64,000 bases of DNA from Escherichia phage vB_EcoM_Ozark. The position numbers and the translations under genes were made by a program. How positions within the stretch are numbered: the first letter of the stretch is position 1; each line of letters starts with the position of its first letter. The stretch lies in sequence record NC_054927.1; one strand, 5' to 3'. This document shows positions 1 to 9,002 of this stretch, one piece after another. The notes beneath the pieces are model-generated. The model was given only the letters and a program-made list of their open reading frames with translations, was not told the origin of the DNA and did not search any database.

Positions 1-43
1 AATTAATAGCTGCTTCAGTAATAAATTCTTGATATGTTTTCAT
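1..43 (-). CDS. internal protein-like gene, 5' end only (continues past window start)
   Basis: Minus-strand ATG near 41-43 followed by MKTYQEFITEAAIN, the capsid-targeting leader of T4 internal proteins; truncated by window edge. Confidence 0.4.
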   Translation of the reverse strand, partial: MKTYQEFITEAAIN

Positions 44-59
44 GTGTATCCTTTAATTT

Positions 60-377
60 TTATTCTTTAGGGAAGTTTTTAGAATATGCATCATAAAGCT
101 TATTTCCAATACGGCGGAAAACTCTAGCCGCAAAACGATTTTCTGGGTTTTTAATCATGATTTGCATCATATAAGTACCCGCGTCAGAAAGAGCTTCTTC
201 ATAGTACCCGTTAATTTCTTTAAGAGTCCTACGTTTACCACCAGGACCATCAACAGTGATTTTCCATTTACCTGTAGAAGTGCGACTTGGCGGCTCAACT
301 TGTTCAATCCAGATATAACCGCCTTCTACACGTTGTCCTTGGGCAGATTCTGCAATAAATTCTTTAAACGTTTTCAT
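60..377 (-). CDS. internal protein (capsid-targeted, IP-like)
   Basis: 105 aa; N-terminus MKTFKEFIAE matches the internal-protein leader with an L/I-x-E prohead-protease site; RBS GGAA; sits next to e as ipII/ipIII do in T4. Confidence 0.65.
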   Translation of the reverse strand: MKTFKEFIAESAQGQRVEGGYIWIEQVEPPSRTSTGKWKITVDGPGGKRRTLKEINGYYEEALSDAGTYMMQIMIKNPENRFAARVFRRIGNKLYDAYSKNFPKE

Positions 378-414
378 ATGGTTCCTTTAAATATTTTAAT
401 TAGTAACTATGAAT

Positions 415-444
415 ATACTATCACAGTTCTAGGAGAAAGTAAAC
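415..444 (-). promoter_or_regulatory. early-type promoter (GTTTAC-N18-TAGTAT on minus strand) upstream of 60..377
   Basis: Plus strand shows atacta...gtaaac, i.e. -35 GTTTAC and -10 TAGTAT on the minus strand; same motif recurs upstream of other IP genes. Confidence 0.4.
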
Positions 445-448
445 AACT

Positions 449-1417
<969 letters not shown>

Positions 1418-1421
<4 letters not shown>

Positions 1422-1780
1422 TTTAATTTCCTGCAATCACTCACAAACTCTTTCATTGATTCATTTTCAATATAAGACATGTAGTTATTATATTCTTTTA
1501 ATTGTATTTTGTAATCTTTTTTTCTTTGCCAATTTATTTTAAAATTATCATAATGAAAATATAACATGGTACCAAAGAATGAAAATAATGAAATAATTTT
1601 AGTATAGTGAAGTTCACTCCAAACTTCTATTATATTTACTGTGCCGTCAATGTTTAAAATAAGACAGTCAATTAACAATCCAAAAAGACTACCCGCAAGA
1701 GCTGCAGCCAACGCCACAGCAAAAATTAAAAATGACTCAGGAAACGAATATTTGACTTTATTTAGTTTTGGCTTTTGCAT
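1418..1780 (-). CDS. small membrane protein, unknown function
   Basis: 120 aa, ATG start with RBS AGGA, one or two hydrophobic segments; ATGA overlap with nudE start. Confidence 0.5.
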
Positions 1781-2154
1781 CGTGATTCCTTAACAAATTT
1801 CATAATTTCATCAAATTCATACACAGCAAGTTTAAGCTGGTGTTCCTTTTTAATCTTTTTACACTGTGCTTTCCAATCACGTACGCGTTTACGATAATGC
1901 CTTCCTTGATACCAGTATCCTACCCAATTTACAGGTACTAATAAAAGTGGAACTATTAATGGAAGAATTAGCATTAACACAAGTATTTCGCCAGAATCAA
2001 TATCAGTCATAACATCTAAAACACCTCCAATAATCAATAGAATTACAAATGATATGAGTATAACAGGACCTATTAATACATCAGTAGGAATTAGCTGGCG
2101 CTTTAATTCATACTTCAAAGGTTTACTTGGAAGGTATAGTGATGGCTTTGACAT
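1762..2154 (-). CDS. small membrane protein, unknown function (apparent paralog of 1418..1780)
   Basis: Track start is TTG; first ATG gives MSKPSLYL..., 130 aa, two hydrophobic segments; C-terminal EIMKFVKESRCK resembles ESMKEFVSDCRK of the neighbour. Confidence 0.5.
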   Translation of the reverse strand: MSKPSLYLPSKPLKYELKRQLIPTDVLIGPVILISFVILLIIGGVLDVMTDIDSGEILVLMLILPLIVPLLLVPVNWVGYWYQGRHYRKRVRDWKAQCKKIKKEHQLKLAVYEFDEIMKFVKESRCKSQN

Positions 2155-2734
2155 ATTCTCTGCATTCCTTAACAAATTTTTCTAGTAATAAATCACTTTC
2201 AAAATTAGGATTTTCCACTAATTTATCAAAAAGATCATCAACAATATTCAAGATATTCTTTTTACTAAGAATACGTTTATTTTCATGCTTCGTTTCAGAA
2301 TCAACTATAAGAGTAAAGAAATATTTCTTTCCCTGAAATTTTACTGTAGTATCAATATAGAATAAATTTGACTTTTGTAAGTTACGTTTAAACCATGCGT
2401 CACTTAAACTATAAACACCGAGATAATCAAAATCGTCGTTTAAATAACAAACTGTCCATTCAGGAGAAATGAAATCAGTAAATTCAACATCAAAATCACA
2501 TGTTAATGAATGAATTGATTCAATACTGTTAATAAGTATTCCAGGGCGTATTAAAGACTTTTTACCTCTAGAAAATCTTCCAGAAAGACTTTCATCAGTT
2601 TCATATGAAGAACCCCAATAATAATTACGTCCTTCTGCCATACGTTTAAGAGCATTTAATAATTGGTCTGGAACATCAACTTGTCTTTGGAATTCTTCAA
2701 ACATTGAATTGAAATCAATTTGCATTCTTCTCAT
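2123..2734 (-). CDS. hypothetical protein
   Basis: 203 aa, ATG with GGAG/AGGA RBS; no motif recognised. Confidence 0.55.
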   Translation of the reverse strand: MRRMQIDFNSMFEEFQRQVDVPDQLLNALKRMAEGRNYYWGSSYETDESLSGRFSRGKKSLIRPGILINSIESIHSLTCDFDVEFTDFISPEWTVCYLNDDFDYLGVYSLSDAWFKRNLQKSNLFYIDTTVKFQGKKYFFTLIVDSETKHENKRILSKKNILNIVDDLFDKLVENPNFESDLLLEKFVKECREYVKAITIPSK

Positions 2735-2756
2735 TCCTATTTACTCCAAGTAATAG

Positions 2757-2774
2757 GGGCCGAAGCCCCTTATC
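2757..2774. repeat. GGGGCCGAAGCCCC hairpin (copy 1 of 3 identical)
   Basis: Perfect 5-bp GC stem with GAAG loop; identical 14-mer recurs near 43257 and 63668. Confidence 0.5.
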
Positions 2775-2775
2775 A

Positions 2776-3369
2776 TTATTTCAGAGAATTAATGTATTCC
2801 TGTACATCGGCAGAGGTAGTTTCAACCCCAGAAATATTACCATTAAAGGTTTCAACTCGAGCGAGAGTGTCTTCAATATCAACCTTAGTCAGTGCTGCAA
2901 TTTCAACTACATCATCGGCAGTACTAATTCCAAGTGCATTCGCCGCTCGAGTTTCACGGATATATTCCAATTTAACTGCAAGTTCTTGGCGAGCATCATC
3001 CAATTCAACTACTTTCTTGGCGATTTCAATTCGCATTTCAGCATACCCATCAGCTTTAGTAGTTAACTGTTCAGCTGTTCGACGATATAGTAAGCCGAGT
3101 TTAGCATGCATTGTTACATCTTGACCTTCGGAAAGAAGCTTGCGAATTTCACGCTCTTTTGATTCAGCCTGCTTATTCTTTTCGACAATAAGTTCACGAA
3201 TACGCTTTTCTTCATTAATAGATTTAACAGAAGCAGTTTTTAGATCTTTAATCTTATCAAGTAGTTTTGCTGCCGCAGCAGTATACTGTTCTTCAACAGA
3301 TAGATTTTTAGCCATAGCAGAACCAAGTTTAGTGCGAATAAACTCAACAATTTTCTTCAGTGTGTTCAT
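2776..3369 (-). CDS. coiled-coil protein, unknown function
   Basis: 197 aa, ATG start, K/E/A-rich heptad-like sequence along most of its length. Confidence 0.55.
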
Positions 3370-3412
3370 AGTATTTCCTTAGGTTAATTAAGATTTAAAA
3401 TCCATGAGAGTA

Positions 3413-3589
3413 TTATACTCCGGATAGTTTGTAAACTATTTCAACATCGCCTTTTGCTGCTTTATAACCTTCAGCCCAAGATACAACCGAGTTTTTATCT
3501 GAAGATTCAAATTCTGGCATTGGGCTTTCGCCAATGTTCACGCAGTATGTTTCTTCATTTTCGTCGAACCAAATAATTAAAGTAGTCAT
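3413..3589 (-). CDS. small acidic protein (58 aa), not in ORF track
   Basis: ATG preceded by GGAGAAATAA RBS; MTTLIIWFDENEETYCVNIGESPMPEF...; coordinates approximate. Confidence 0.35.
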   Translation of the reverse strand: MTTLIIWFDENEETYCVNIGESPMPEFESSDKNSVVSWAEGYKAAKGDVEIVYKLSGV

Positions 3590-3657
3590 TTATTTCTCCG
3601 TTTCTGTATTTGTTTTGATAAGTCTATAATAACACCGTCCTTGGTGTTTGTACACAA

Positions 3658-3921
3658 TTATTTCATATTATTGAAATGTTCTTCTGCAATTTCGTCGTTA
3701 TCATGGTAAACTTTAGAAGACAGTTTAACATAACCTTCAGCAGTGAACATGTTAATCACAACCTTTACAGTATACCACTGACCATCTTCATTACCCATTA
3801 CTGCATAGGTTTCAAACATCGGATGATCAGGACCGATAACTTTAATATCATTCACTGTACGACCAAAATCTTCTGAAACACATTTCATAAAGAAGTTGAA
3901 CAGTTCGCCGTAATTATCCAT
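3658..3921 (-). CDS. hypothetical protein
   Basis: Track start is TTG; first ATG with GGAG RBS gives MDNYGELFNFF..., 87 aa. Confidence 0.45.
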   Translation of the reverse strand: MDNYGELFNFFMKCVSEDFGRTVNDIKVIGPDHPMFETYAVMGNEDGQWYTVKVVINMFTAEGYVKLSSKVYHDNDEIAEEHFNNMK

Positions 3922-3964
3922 TTCATTCTCCAAGTTGTTTTCTGTATCAGTAGTTGATAGTTGT

Positions 3965-3994
3965 ATAGTACCATGGAAGGACAAGGATGTAAAC
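3965..3994 (-). promoter_or_regulatory. early-type promoter (GTTTAC-N18-TACTAT, minus strand)
   Basis: Plus strand atagta-N18-gtaaac just upstream of the 3921 ATG; same architecture as the IP-gene promoters. Confidence 0.4.
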
Positions 3995-4130
3995 AGTTTT
4001 GTGAAAAAATTTTTAAAAAGTTTTAGGGAATTCTAGGGTCAGGAGGGGCAATTAAAAGGTAGGATAATATATTATAAAGGGTATAAACTAAATGATGCCT
4101 AGAGAGGCCCGGAAAGGCCTAGATACCAAA

Positions 4131-4157
4131 AAGCCCCAACCTTTCGGTCGGGGCTAA
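4131..4157 (-). terminator. intrinsic terminator hairpin (minus strand)
   Basis: Reverse complement reads AGCCCCGACC-GAAA-GGTTGGGGCT followed by TTTTT; immediately 3' of 4163..4636. Confidence 0.6.
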
Positions 4158-4162
4158 GAATG

Positions 4163-4636
4163 TTATTTGATTTGTTTAGCAGACCAAATGCGGTCTTTAA
4201 TAATTTTTTGGATGTCTTCAACATACTCAAGAGAGTGAGCATGTGGGTTATCTTTAAAACTATAAGCACGAGCTAACTTTTGACCTTCAGTTTTGATTAC
4301 TAAAAGCTCTTTAAGGATAGCTTCATATCTGGAGATAATTCCTTTAACAATATTTTTTTCTTGTGTAGCTTTAGGATCTGCTTTAGGAGCAGGTTTACCC
4401 GAAGCCTTTGCAAAAGCAGCGCCAGTAGCAACTAAACTTTTCCAGGCCATACTAACTGCATTCCCTGTAAATCCTTCGGCTTTCATATCACGAGCAAATT
4501 GGAATCGTGATTCATCGGAAGCATCTTTATAGGAATATTTACCCGCGGCAATGGCTGCTTTTGCGACAGCTTGAATTTCGGTGCTAGACGCTTCATTTAA
4601 CACCGCTTCATTTAAAAATTGAGTATATGATTTCAT
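4163..4636 (-). CDS. candidate capsid-targeted internal protein-like gene
   Basis: 157 aa; N-terminus MKSYTQFLNEAVLNEA resembles the MKTYQEFIAEA leader, with two L-x-E motifs; RBS GGAA; late promoter upstream; Ala/Lys-rich body. Confidence 0.6.
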   Translation of the reverse strand: MKSYTQFLNEAVLNEASSTEIQAVAKAAIAAGKYSYKDASDESRFQFARDMKAEGFTGNAVSMAWKSLVATGAAFAKASGKPAPKADPKATQEKNIVKGIISRYEAILKELLVIKTEGQKLARAYSFKDNPHAHSLEYVEDIQKIIKDRIWSAKQIK

Positions 4637-4674
4637 CTTATTTCCTGTTTTAATTCGTGAATTTAATATACTAA

Positions 4675-4682
4675 TATTTATA
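4675..4682 (-). promoter_or_regulatory. late promoter TATAAATA (minus strand)
   Basis: Plus-strand tatttata about 40 nt upstream of the 4636 ATG, between terminator and RBS. Confidence 0.5.
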
Positions 4683-4691
4683 CTAAAAAAG

Positions 4692-4718
4692 CCCCAACCT
4701 TTTGGCTGGGGCTAAGCC
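4692..4718 (-). terminator. intrinsic terminator hairpin (minus strand), likely end of the tRNA operon
   Basis: Reverse complement AGCCCCAGCC-AAAA-GGTTGGGGCT plus TTTTT; near-identical to the 4131..4157 hairpin. Confidence 0.6.
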
Positions 4719-4765
4719 TTGCGGCAACCTTGTCGGGGTTCCACCTGCTAAGGCAAGTGTTTGTA

Positions 4766-4856
4766 CGAAACGCCGGGATTCGAACCCGGTTATTAAGTAG
4801 TTGACGCTACTCAATATTTTTAAAAGGCCATATCTCAACCATATCCGAACGTTCCG
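4766..4856 (-). ncRNA. tRNA-like stable RNA candidate (acceptor stem plus T-arm, non-canonical body)
   Basis: T-arm CCGGG-TTCGAAT-CCCGG and a 7-bp acceptor pairing CGGAACG/CGTTTCG, but no clean D or anticodon arm; position matches T4 stable RNA species 1/2. Confidence 0.3.
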
Positions 4857-5029
4857 TCAAAAACGCTACTCGGCTTACGGCAAAGATATTTCCTCGAATC
4901 GATAATTCGGTGCGCCGTTTCTGCTGTGATATAAGGGGGCATTAACAAAACATAAAGATTTATTAATGCCAGTCCTTAAACAGGGAACATCAGTCCGACG
5001 ACTTGCCGGTAGCGACCCGGCTTCTTGTC

Positions 5030-5105
5030 TGGTCGAGGCAGTAGGGATCGAACCTACGACCCAGGACTTAGAAGGTCCTTGCTCTTCCTTCTGAGCTATG
5101 CCCCG
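5030..5105 (-). tRNA. tRNA-Arg (anticodon UCU)
   Basis: Hand-folded cloverleaf: acceptor CGGGGCA/UGCCUCG, anticodon loop CUUCUAA, T-loop UUCGAUC, CCA encoded. Confidence 0.8.
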
Positions 5106-5109
5106 TAAT

Positions 5110-5185
5110 TGGGGTGACCGATGGGAGTCGAACCCATGACTACGAGAATCACAATCTCGAGTTCTACCAACTGAACTACGGCCAC
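5110..5185 (-). tRNA. tRNA-His (anticodon GUG)
   Basis: Hand-folded: anticodon stem CGAGA/UCUCG, loop UUGUGAU, discriminator C, CCA encoded. Confidence 0.75.
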
Positions 5186-5299
5186 ATTAATACCTACTCC
5201 AATAATCAAGATGTCTTCACACGAAATTAAGAGAAGAGTGATCAGTTCAACCCCTATAATCGCGTCAAGTAGATATTAATGTGACAGTTGTCACAAATT

Positions 5300-5374
5300 T
5301 GGCGGACGTGATAGGATTCGAACCTATAACCAATCGCTTAACAGGCGATCGCTCTGCCATTGAGCTACACATCC
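5300..5374 (-). tRNA. tRNA-Asn (anticodon GUU)
   Basis: Hand-folded: D-arm GCUC/GAGC, anticodon stem AUCGC/GCGAU, loop CUGUUAA, CCA encoded. Confidence 0.75.
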
Positions 5375-5378
5375 AAAT

Positions 5379-5465
5379 TGGTGGGGAGTGGTGGAGTCGA
5401 ACCACCCGAGTCGCAATGACAATGGATTTACAGTCCACACCGCTACCTCTACGGGATAACTCCCC
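5379..5465 (-). tRNA. tRNA-Tyr (anticodon GUA), long variable arm
   Basis: 87 nt; acceptor GGGGAGU/ACUCCCC, anticodon loop CUGUAAA, T-loop UUCGACU, CCA encoded. Confidence 0.75.
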
Positions 5466-5478
5466 TTAATTCTTAATT

Positions 5479-5553
5479 TGGTGGCCCTGGGTGGAATTGA
5501 ACCACCATCTGGCGATTATGAGTCGCTTGCTTGAACCTTCCAGCTACAGGGCC
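5479..5553 (-). tRNA. tRNA-Ile or Met (anticodon CAU)
   Basis: Hand-folded: acceptor GGCCCUG/CAGGGCC, anticodon loop CUCAUAA; CAU could be Met or lysidine-modified Ile. Confidence 0.75.
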
Positions 5554-5554
5554 T

Positions 5555-5630
5555 TGGTGCTGATTGACGGAATCGAACCGCCGACCTTCTCATTACAAGT
5601 GAGTTGCTCTACCTACTGAGCTAAATCAGC
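5555..5630 (-). tRNA. tRNA-Thr (anticodon UGU)
   Basis: Hand-folded: acceptor GCUGAUU/AAUCAGC, anticodon loop CUUGUAA, CCA encoded. Confidence 0.8.
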
Positions 5631-5635
5631 AAAAC

Positions 5636-5725
5636 TGGCGGAGGCGATAGGATTTGAACCTATGAGTCGCCGGAGCGACTGCCGGTTTTCAAGACCGGTG
5701 CATTAAACCACTCTGCCACGCCTCC
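5636..5725 (-). tRNA. tRNA-Ser (anticodon UGA), long variable arm
   Basis: 90 nt; acceptor GGAGGCG/CGCCUCC, anticodon stem CCGGU/ACCGG, loop CUUGAAA, CCA encoded. Confidence 0.8.
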
Positions 5726-5727
5726 AG

Positions 5728-5801
5728 TCTCCATACAAGGATTTGAACCTTGGACCTCCTGATCCCAAATCAGGCGCTCTACCAAACTGAGCTACACGGA
5801 G
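5728..5801 (-). tRNA. tRNA-Pro (anticodon UGG)
   Basis: Hand-folded: acceptor CUCCGUG/UAUGGAG with G-U pairs, anticodon loop UUUGGGA; CCA not encoded. Confidence 0.75.
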
Positions 5802-5811
5802 TAAATTAAAT

Positions 5812-5885
<74 letters not shown>

Positions 5886-5890
5886 AAATT

Positions 5891-5977
5891 TGGTGCGAGA
5901 AGTGGGACTCGAACCCACAAGGAAATCATTCCGCAGCATTTTAAGTGCTGTGCCTTTACCAATTTGACCATTCTCGC
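5891..5977 (-). tRNA. tRNA-Leu (anticodon UAA), long variable arm
   Basis: 87 nt; acceptor GCGAGAA/UUCUCGC, anticodon loop CUUAAAA, T-loop UUCGAGU, CCA encoded. Confidence 0.8.
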
Positions 5978-5983
5978 GTTATA

Positions 5984-6592
5984 TTATTTATTACGTGAAA
6001 AAGACTGTTCTATCAATTCTGGACACTTTCGTTCTATCCATTTTCTAGCTTTTTGTGGGCTTATACCTATTATTTTAGCAGCTTTACTAACCCATCCAAA
6101 TTTAGAATAATCGATTTTAACTAATTCTTCGTAAATTTCATCAGTTAAAATCTTTTCATTAATATTTACCAGTAAATGATATAATTTGTTATCATTAGCA
6201 ATTTTAATGAATCTTTTATAGTTTCCGCCTTTACTTAAACCTAATGAAGTAATTGCAGATGATATAGTAGCCGAATTTAATAATGCGTTTAAAATTTCTT
6301 CATCACTAACATTATAACGCTTTTTATTATTTTTAATATTTTTACCAGCAAAAGTATCAGTTTGCGAATGACAGTTTGGACATAATAATCTTAAATTTGA
6401 TTTAAGATGATTTTTGTTATTTCCATCAATATGGTCTAATTGCAGAACAATATGCTTATTTTGCCATTTTGAAATTTTACAAATTGCACACTCATATGGA
6501 AAAATATTTTCTTTTATTATTTTGTCTTTCAGCTTTCCTGTACTAAAATTTGGATGTTTTCCTTCAAAAATTTCAGCTAATTTAGTATCCAT
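5984..6592 (-). CDS. HNH endonuclease, likely free-standing homing endonuclease
   Basis: CAIC...LDHIDGNNKNHLKSNLRLLCPNCH is a textbook HNH motif; C-terminal helix-turn-helix-like segment; track start is TTG, moved to ATG (MDTKLAEIF...); stop 7 nt from tRNA-Leu. Confidence 0.7.
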   Translation of the reverse strand: MDTKLAEIFEGKHPNFSTGKLKDKIIKENIFPYECAICKISKWQNKHIVLQLDHIDGNNKNHLKSNLRLLCPNCHSQTDTFAGKNIKNNKKRYNVSDEEILNALLNSATISSAITSLGLSKGGNYKRFIKIANDNKLYHLLVNINEKILTDEIYEELVKIDYSKFGWVSKAAKIIGISPQKARKWIERKCPELIEQSFSRNK

Positions 6593-6702
6593 AATATGAT
6601 TCCCAATTATTAACAAAGGCTCTCAAGCAAGAACCCTTGATGATAGAGGGTATTAATCAGTGCGATATGAGTTAATAATAACAAATAATTCTTAAAGCAT
6701 AT

Positions 6703-6990
6703 TTACCATTTATGATAATACATATTTACGATGCATTCAAGACCCAAAGGATTCTTGAAAATATCATATTCAAGAGGACCTTTTTCCGTTTCAATAAAGA
6801 AATCAAAATTTACTGTATTAAATTTACGGTCTTCCTTCACTAATTTAACCTGAGAAGATGAACGGTCAATGTAAACCTTTTCAACTTCAAAACATGTTAA
6901 AATGCCATAATCATCAATCAAGGCTTTAGCTGCTTCTTGATCATATTTATATCCATTTTCAACGGATGATACTTTCGCATAAAGAATCAT
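6703..6990 (-). CDS. hypothetical protein
   Basis: 95 aa, ATG start, no recognised motif. Confidence 0.5.
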   Translation of the reverse strand: MILYAKVSSVENGYKYDQEAAKALIDDYGILTCFEVEKVYIDRSSSQVKLVKEDRKFNTVNFDFFIETEKGPLEYDIFKNPLGLECIVNMYYHKW

Positions 6991-6992
6991 TA

Positions 6993-7376
6993 TCAGCCTT
7001 CATCAACAATAGTATGAGTATGGGCATTTACGATTTGCCACCAATCAAAGCGATTAGAACCATACATCGGTTTGTTTTCATTTTCTTTGATAATATCACG
7101 GAGTTCATCTTCGGTAGCGGCTTTCGCGATTAAATCAGCATATCCACCACGAGGATAATAATTATCACCTGCAAAAAGTAAAAAATTTGGTGTAATATTA
7201 TTGAACTCTTCAAGAGTAATAACTGTTCCTGATGGTAATTGAACAATCTCTACATAGTTATATCCTAATTTTTGAGCAGCATCTACTGCTTCAAGCAGAG
7301 TATCATGAGCCCGTCCTATTTGGCAATTTGGCTTTTTAGATGGATTAGCCTGATAATCCGCGTACACTTTATACAT
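6993..7376 (-). CDS. hypothetical protein
   Basis: Start set at internal ATG (MYKVYADYQ...) with RBS AAAGGTG, 127 aa; abuts the upstream ORF stop. Confidence 0.5.
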   Translation of the reverse strand: MYKVYADYQANPSKKPNCQIGRAHDTLLEAVDAAQKLGYNYVEIVQLPSGTVITLEEFNNITPNFLLFAGDNYYPRGGYADLIAKAATEDELRDIIKENENKPMYGSNRFDWWQIVNAHTHTIVDEG

Positions 7377-7377
7377 T

Positions 7378-7563
7378 CTATTCACCTTTAGAAATTTTAT
7401 CCATAACGATAGCAATTAAACCAATTACAAATGCTACTACAAGTGAAAACACATTTTCTGCTGTAGTTAATAATCCGCATATAAATCCAACAAACATTGA
7501 AAAACTAAAAGCGGAAGCAGAAATTGCAATAGCAACATTTCGAATTAATTCACAGCGTTTCAT
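7378..7563 (-). CDS. small membrane protein
   Basis: 61 aa, ATG start, single long hydrophobic segment. Confidence 0.45.
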   Translation of the reverse strand: MKRCELIRNVAIAISASAFSFSMFVGFICGLLTTAENVFSLVVAFVIGLIAIVMDKISKGE

Positions 7564-7582
7564 TTTATTCTCCTCAGTAGTT

Positions 7583-7621
7583 GATAGGGTAATAGTATCA
7601 CTACCCTATCTAAAAGTAAAC
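7583..7621 (-). promoter_or_regulatory. promoter-hairpin cassette (PeSL-like): early promoter with -10 inside a stem-loop
   Basis: Plus strand gatagggTAATAGTATCACTAccctatc (7-bp inverted repeat) followed by gtaaac; minus strand reads GTTTAC-N18-TACTAT. Confidence 0.5.
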
Positions 7622-7855
7622 TTATTTTTTACGAAAAATTGATTTATTTTCTGCTGCCCATTTTTCAATAACTGCAGCAGGACCAGTAACAACAATTTTA
7701 TCACCGTAATCTTCTGCAGCGAGTTGACCGAAATTATCTAATGCATCACGAAGAACTCCATGAGGCATTTCGCCCATTTTATCCTTCTTGCCAATGTAAA
7801 TAAACTCAACTTTTACATCAACAGCTTCAGCAATAAATTCTTGATATGTTTTCAT
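7622..7855 (-). CDS. internal protein (IPI-like, capsid-targeted)
   Basis: Start set at second ATG with GGAG RBS: MKTYQEFIAEAVD..., 77 aa; position matches ipI (between tRNAs and 57B). Confidence 0.65.
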   Translation of the reverse strand: MKTYQEFIAEAVDVKVEFIYIGKKDKMGEMPHGVLRDALDNFGQLAAEDYGDKIVVTGPAAVIEKWAAENKSIFRKK

Positions 7856-7880
7856 TTTATTCTCCAATTTCACATTTGTT

Positions 7881-7919
7881 TTGATAGGGTAATAGTATCA
7901 CTACTAAAACCCCGTGTAA
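7881..7919 (-). promoter_or_regulatory. promoter-hairpin cassette (PeSL-like), copy 2
   Basis: gatagggtaatagtatcactac followed by gtaaacaactttgtgaaatt; same core as copies 1 and 3. Confidence 0.5.
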
Positions 7920-7940
7920 ACAACTTTGTGAAATTGTTTA

Positions 7941-8231
7941 TTACAAAAGATTTTTAGCAATAATCTTGAGATGTGCTGCAGAAATGTGTTTAGCTTTAAA
8001 CAACGCAGTTTCTTCGGCAGGAGAGATAACGATTGTAGCACCATCCTTTTTAGCAGACCACCCATCACCTAGGTAAACAGTACCTTTGATTTCTTCGCCA
8101 TCAACCAGACTAATCATTGGTTTACCTTCTCGTCCTTTATTTGCTTTAATAACTTCAGAAGTAAGAGTAGCTTCGGTAATGGTAGAAACCGGGGTAGTTG
8201 TAGTAGAAGTAAATTCTTTAAATGTTTTCAT
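7941..8231 (-). CDS. internal protein-like (capsid-targeted)
   Basis: 96 aa; MKTFKEFTSTTTTPVSTITE with I-T-E cleavage motif; RBS AGGAA. Confidence 0.6.
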   Translation of the reverse strand: MKTFKEFTSTTTTPVSTITEATLTSEVIKANKGREGKPMISLVDGEEIKGTVYLGDGWSAKKDGATIVISPAEETALFKAKHISAAHLKIIAKNLL

Positions 8232-8252
8232 TTTTATTTTCCTAATTAATTT

Positions 8253-8292
8253 TGATGAGGTAATAGTATCACTACCTCATCAGTATGTAAAC
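8253..8292 (-). promoter_or_regulatory. promoter-hairpin cassette (PeSL-like), copy 3
   Basis: tgatgaggTAATAGTATCACTAcctcatca (10-bp inverted repeat around the same core) followed by gtaaacaactttgtgaaatt. Confidence 0.5.
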
Positions 8293-8304
8293 AACTTTGT
8301 GAAA

Positions 8305-9001
<697 letters not shown>

Positions 9002-9002
<1 letters not shown>

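Noticed and set aside
2776-3369. Possible PspA/IM30-like membrane-stress protein
   Set aside because: Only a general coiled-coil resemblance; I could not align any specific conserved motif, so it is left as an unknown coiled-coil protein.
5984-6616. Calling this ORF segB by position
   Set aside because: segB is GIY-YIG as I recall, whereas this protein has an unambiguous HNH motif; it is annotated by family only.
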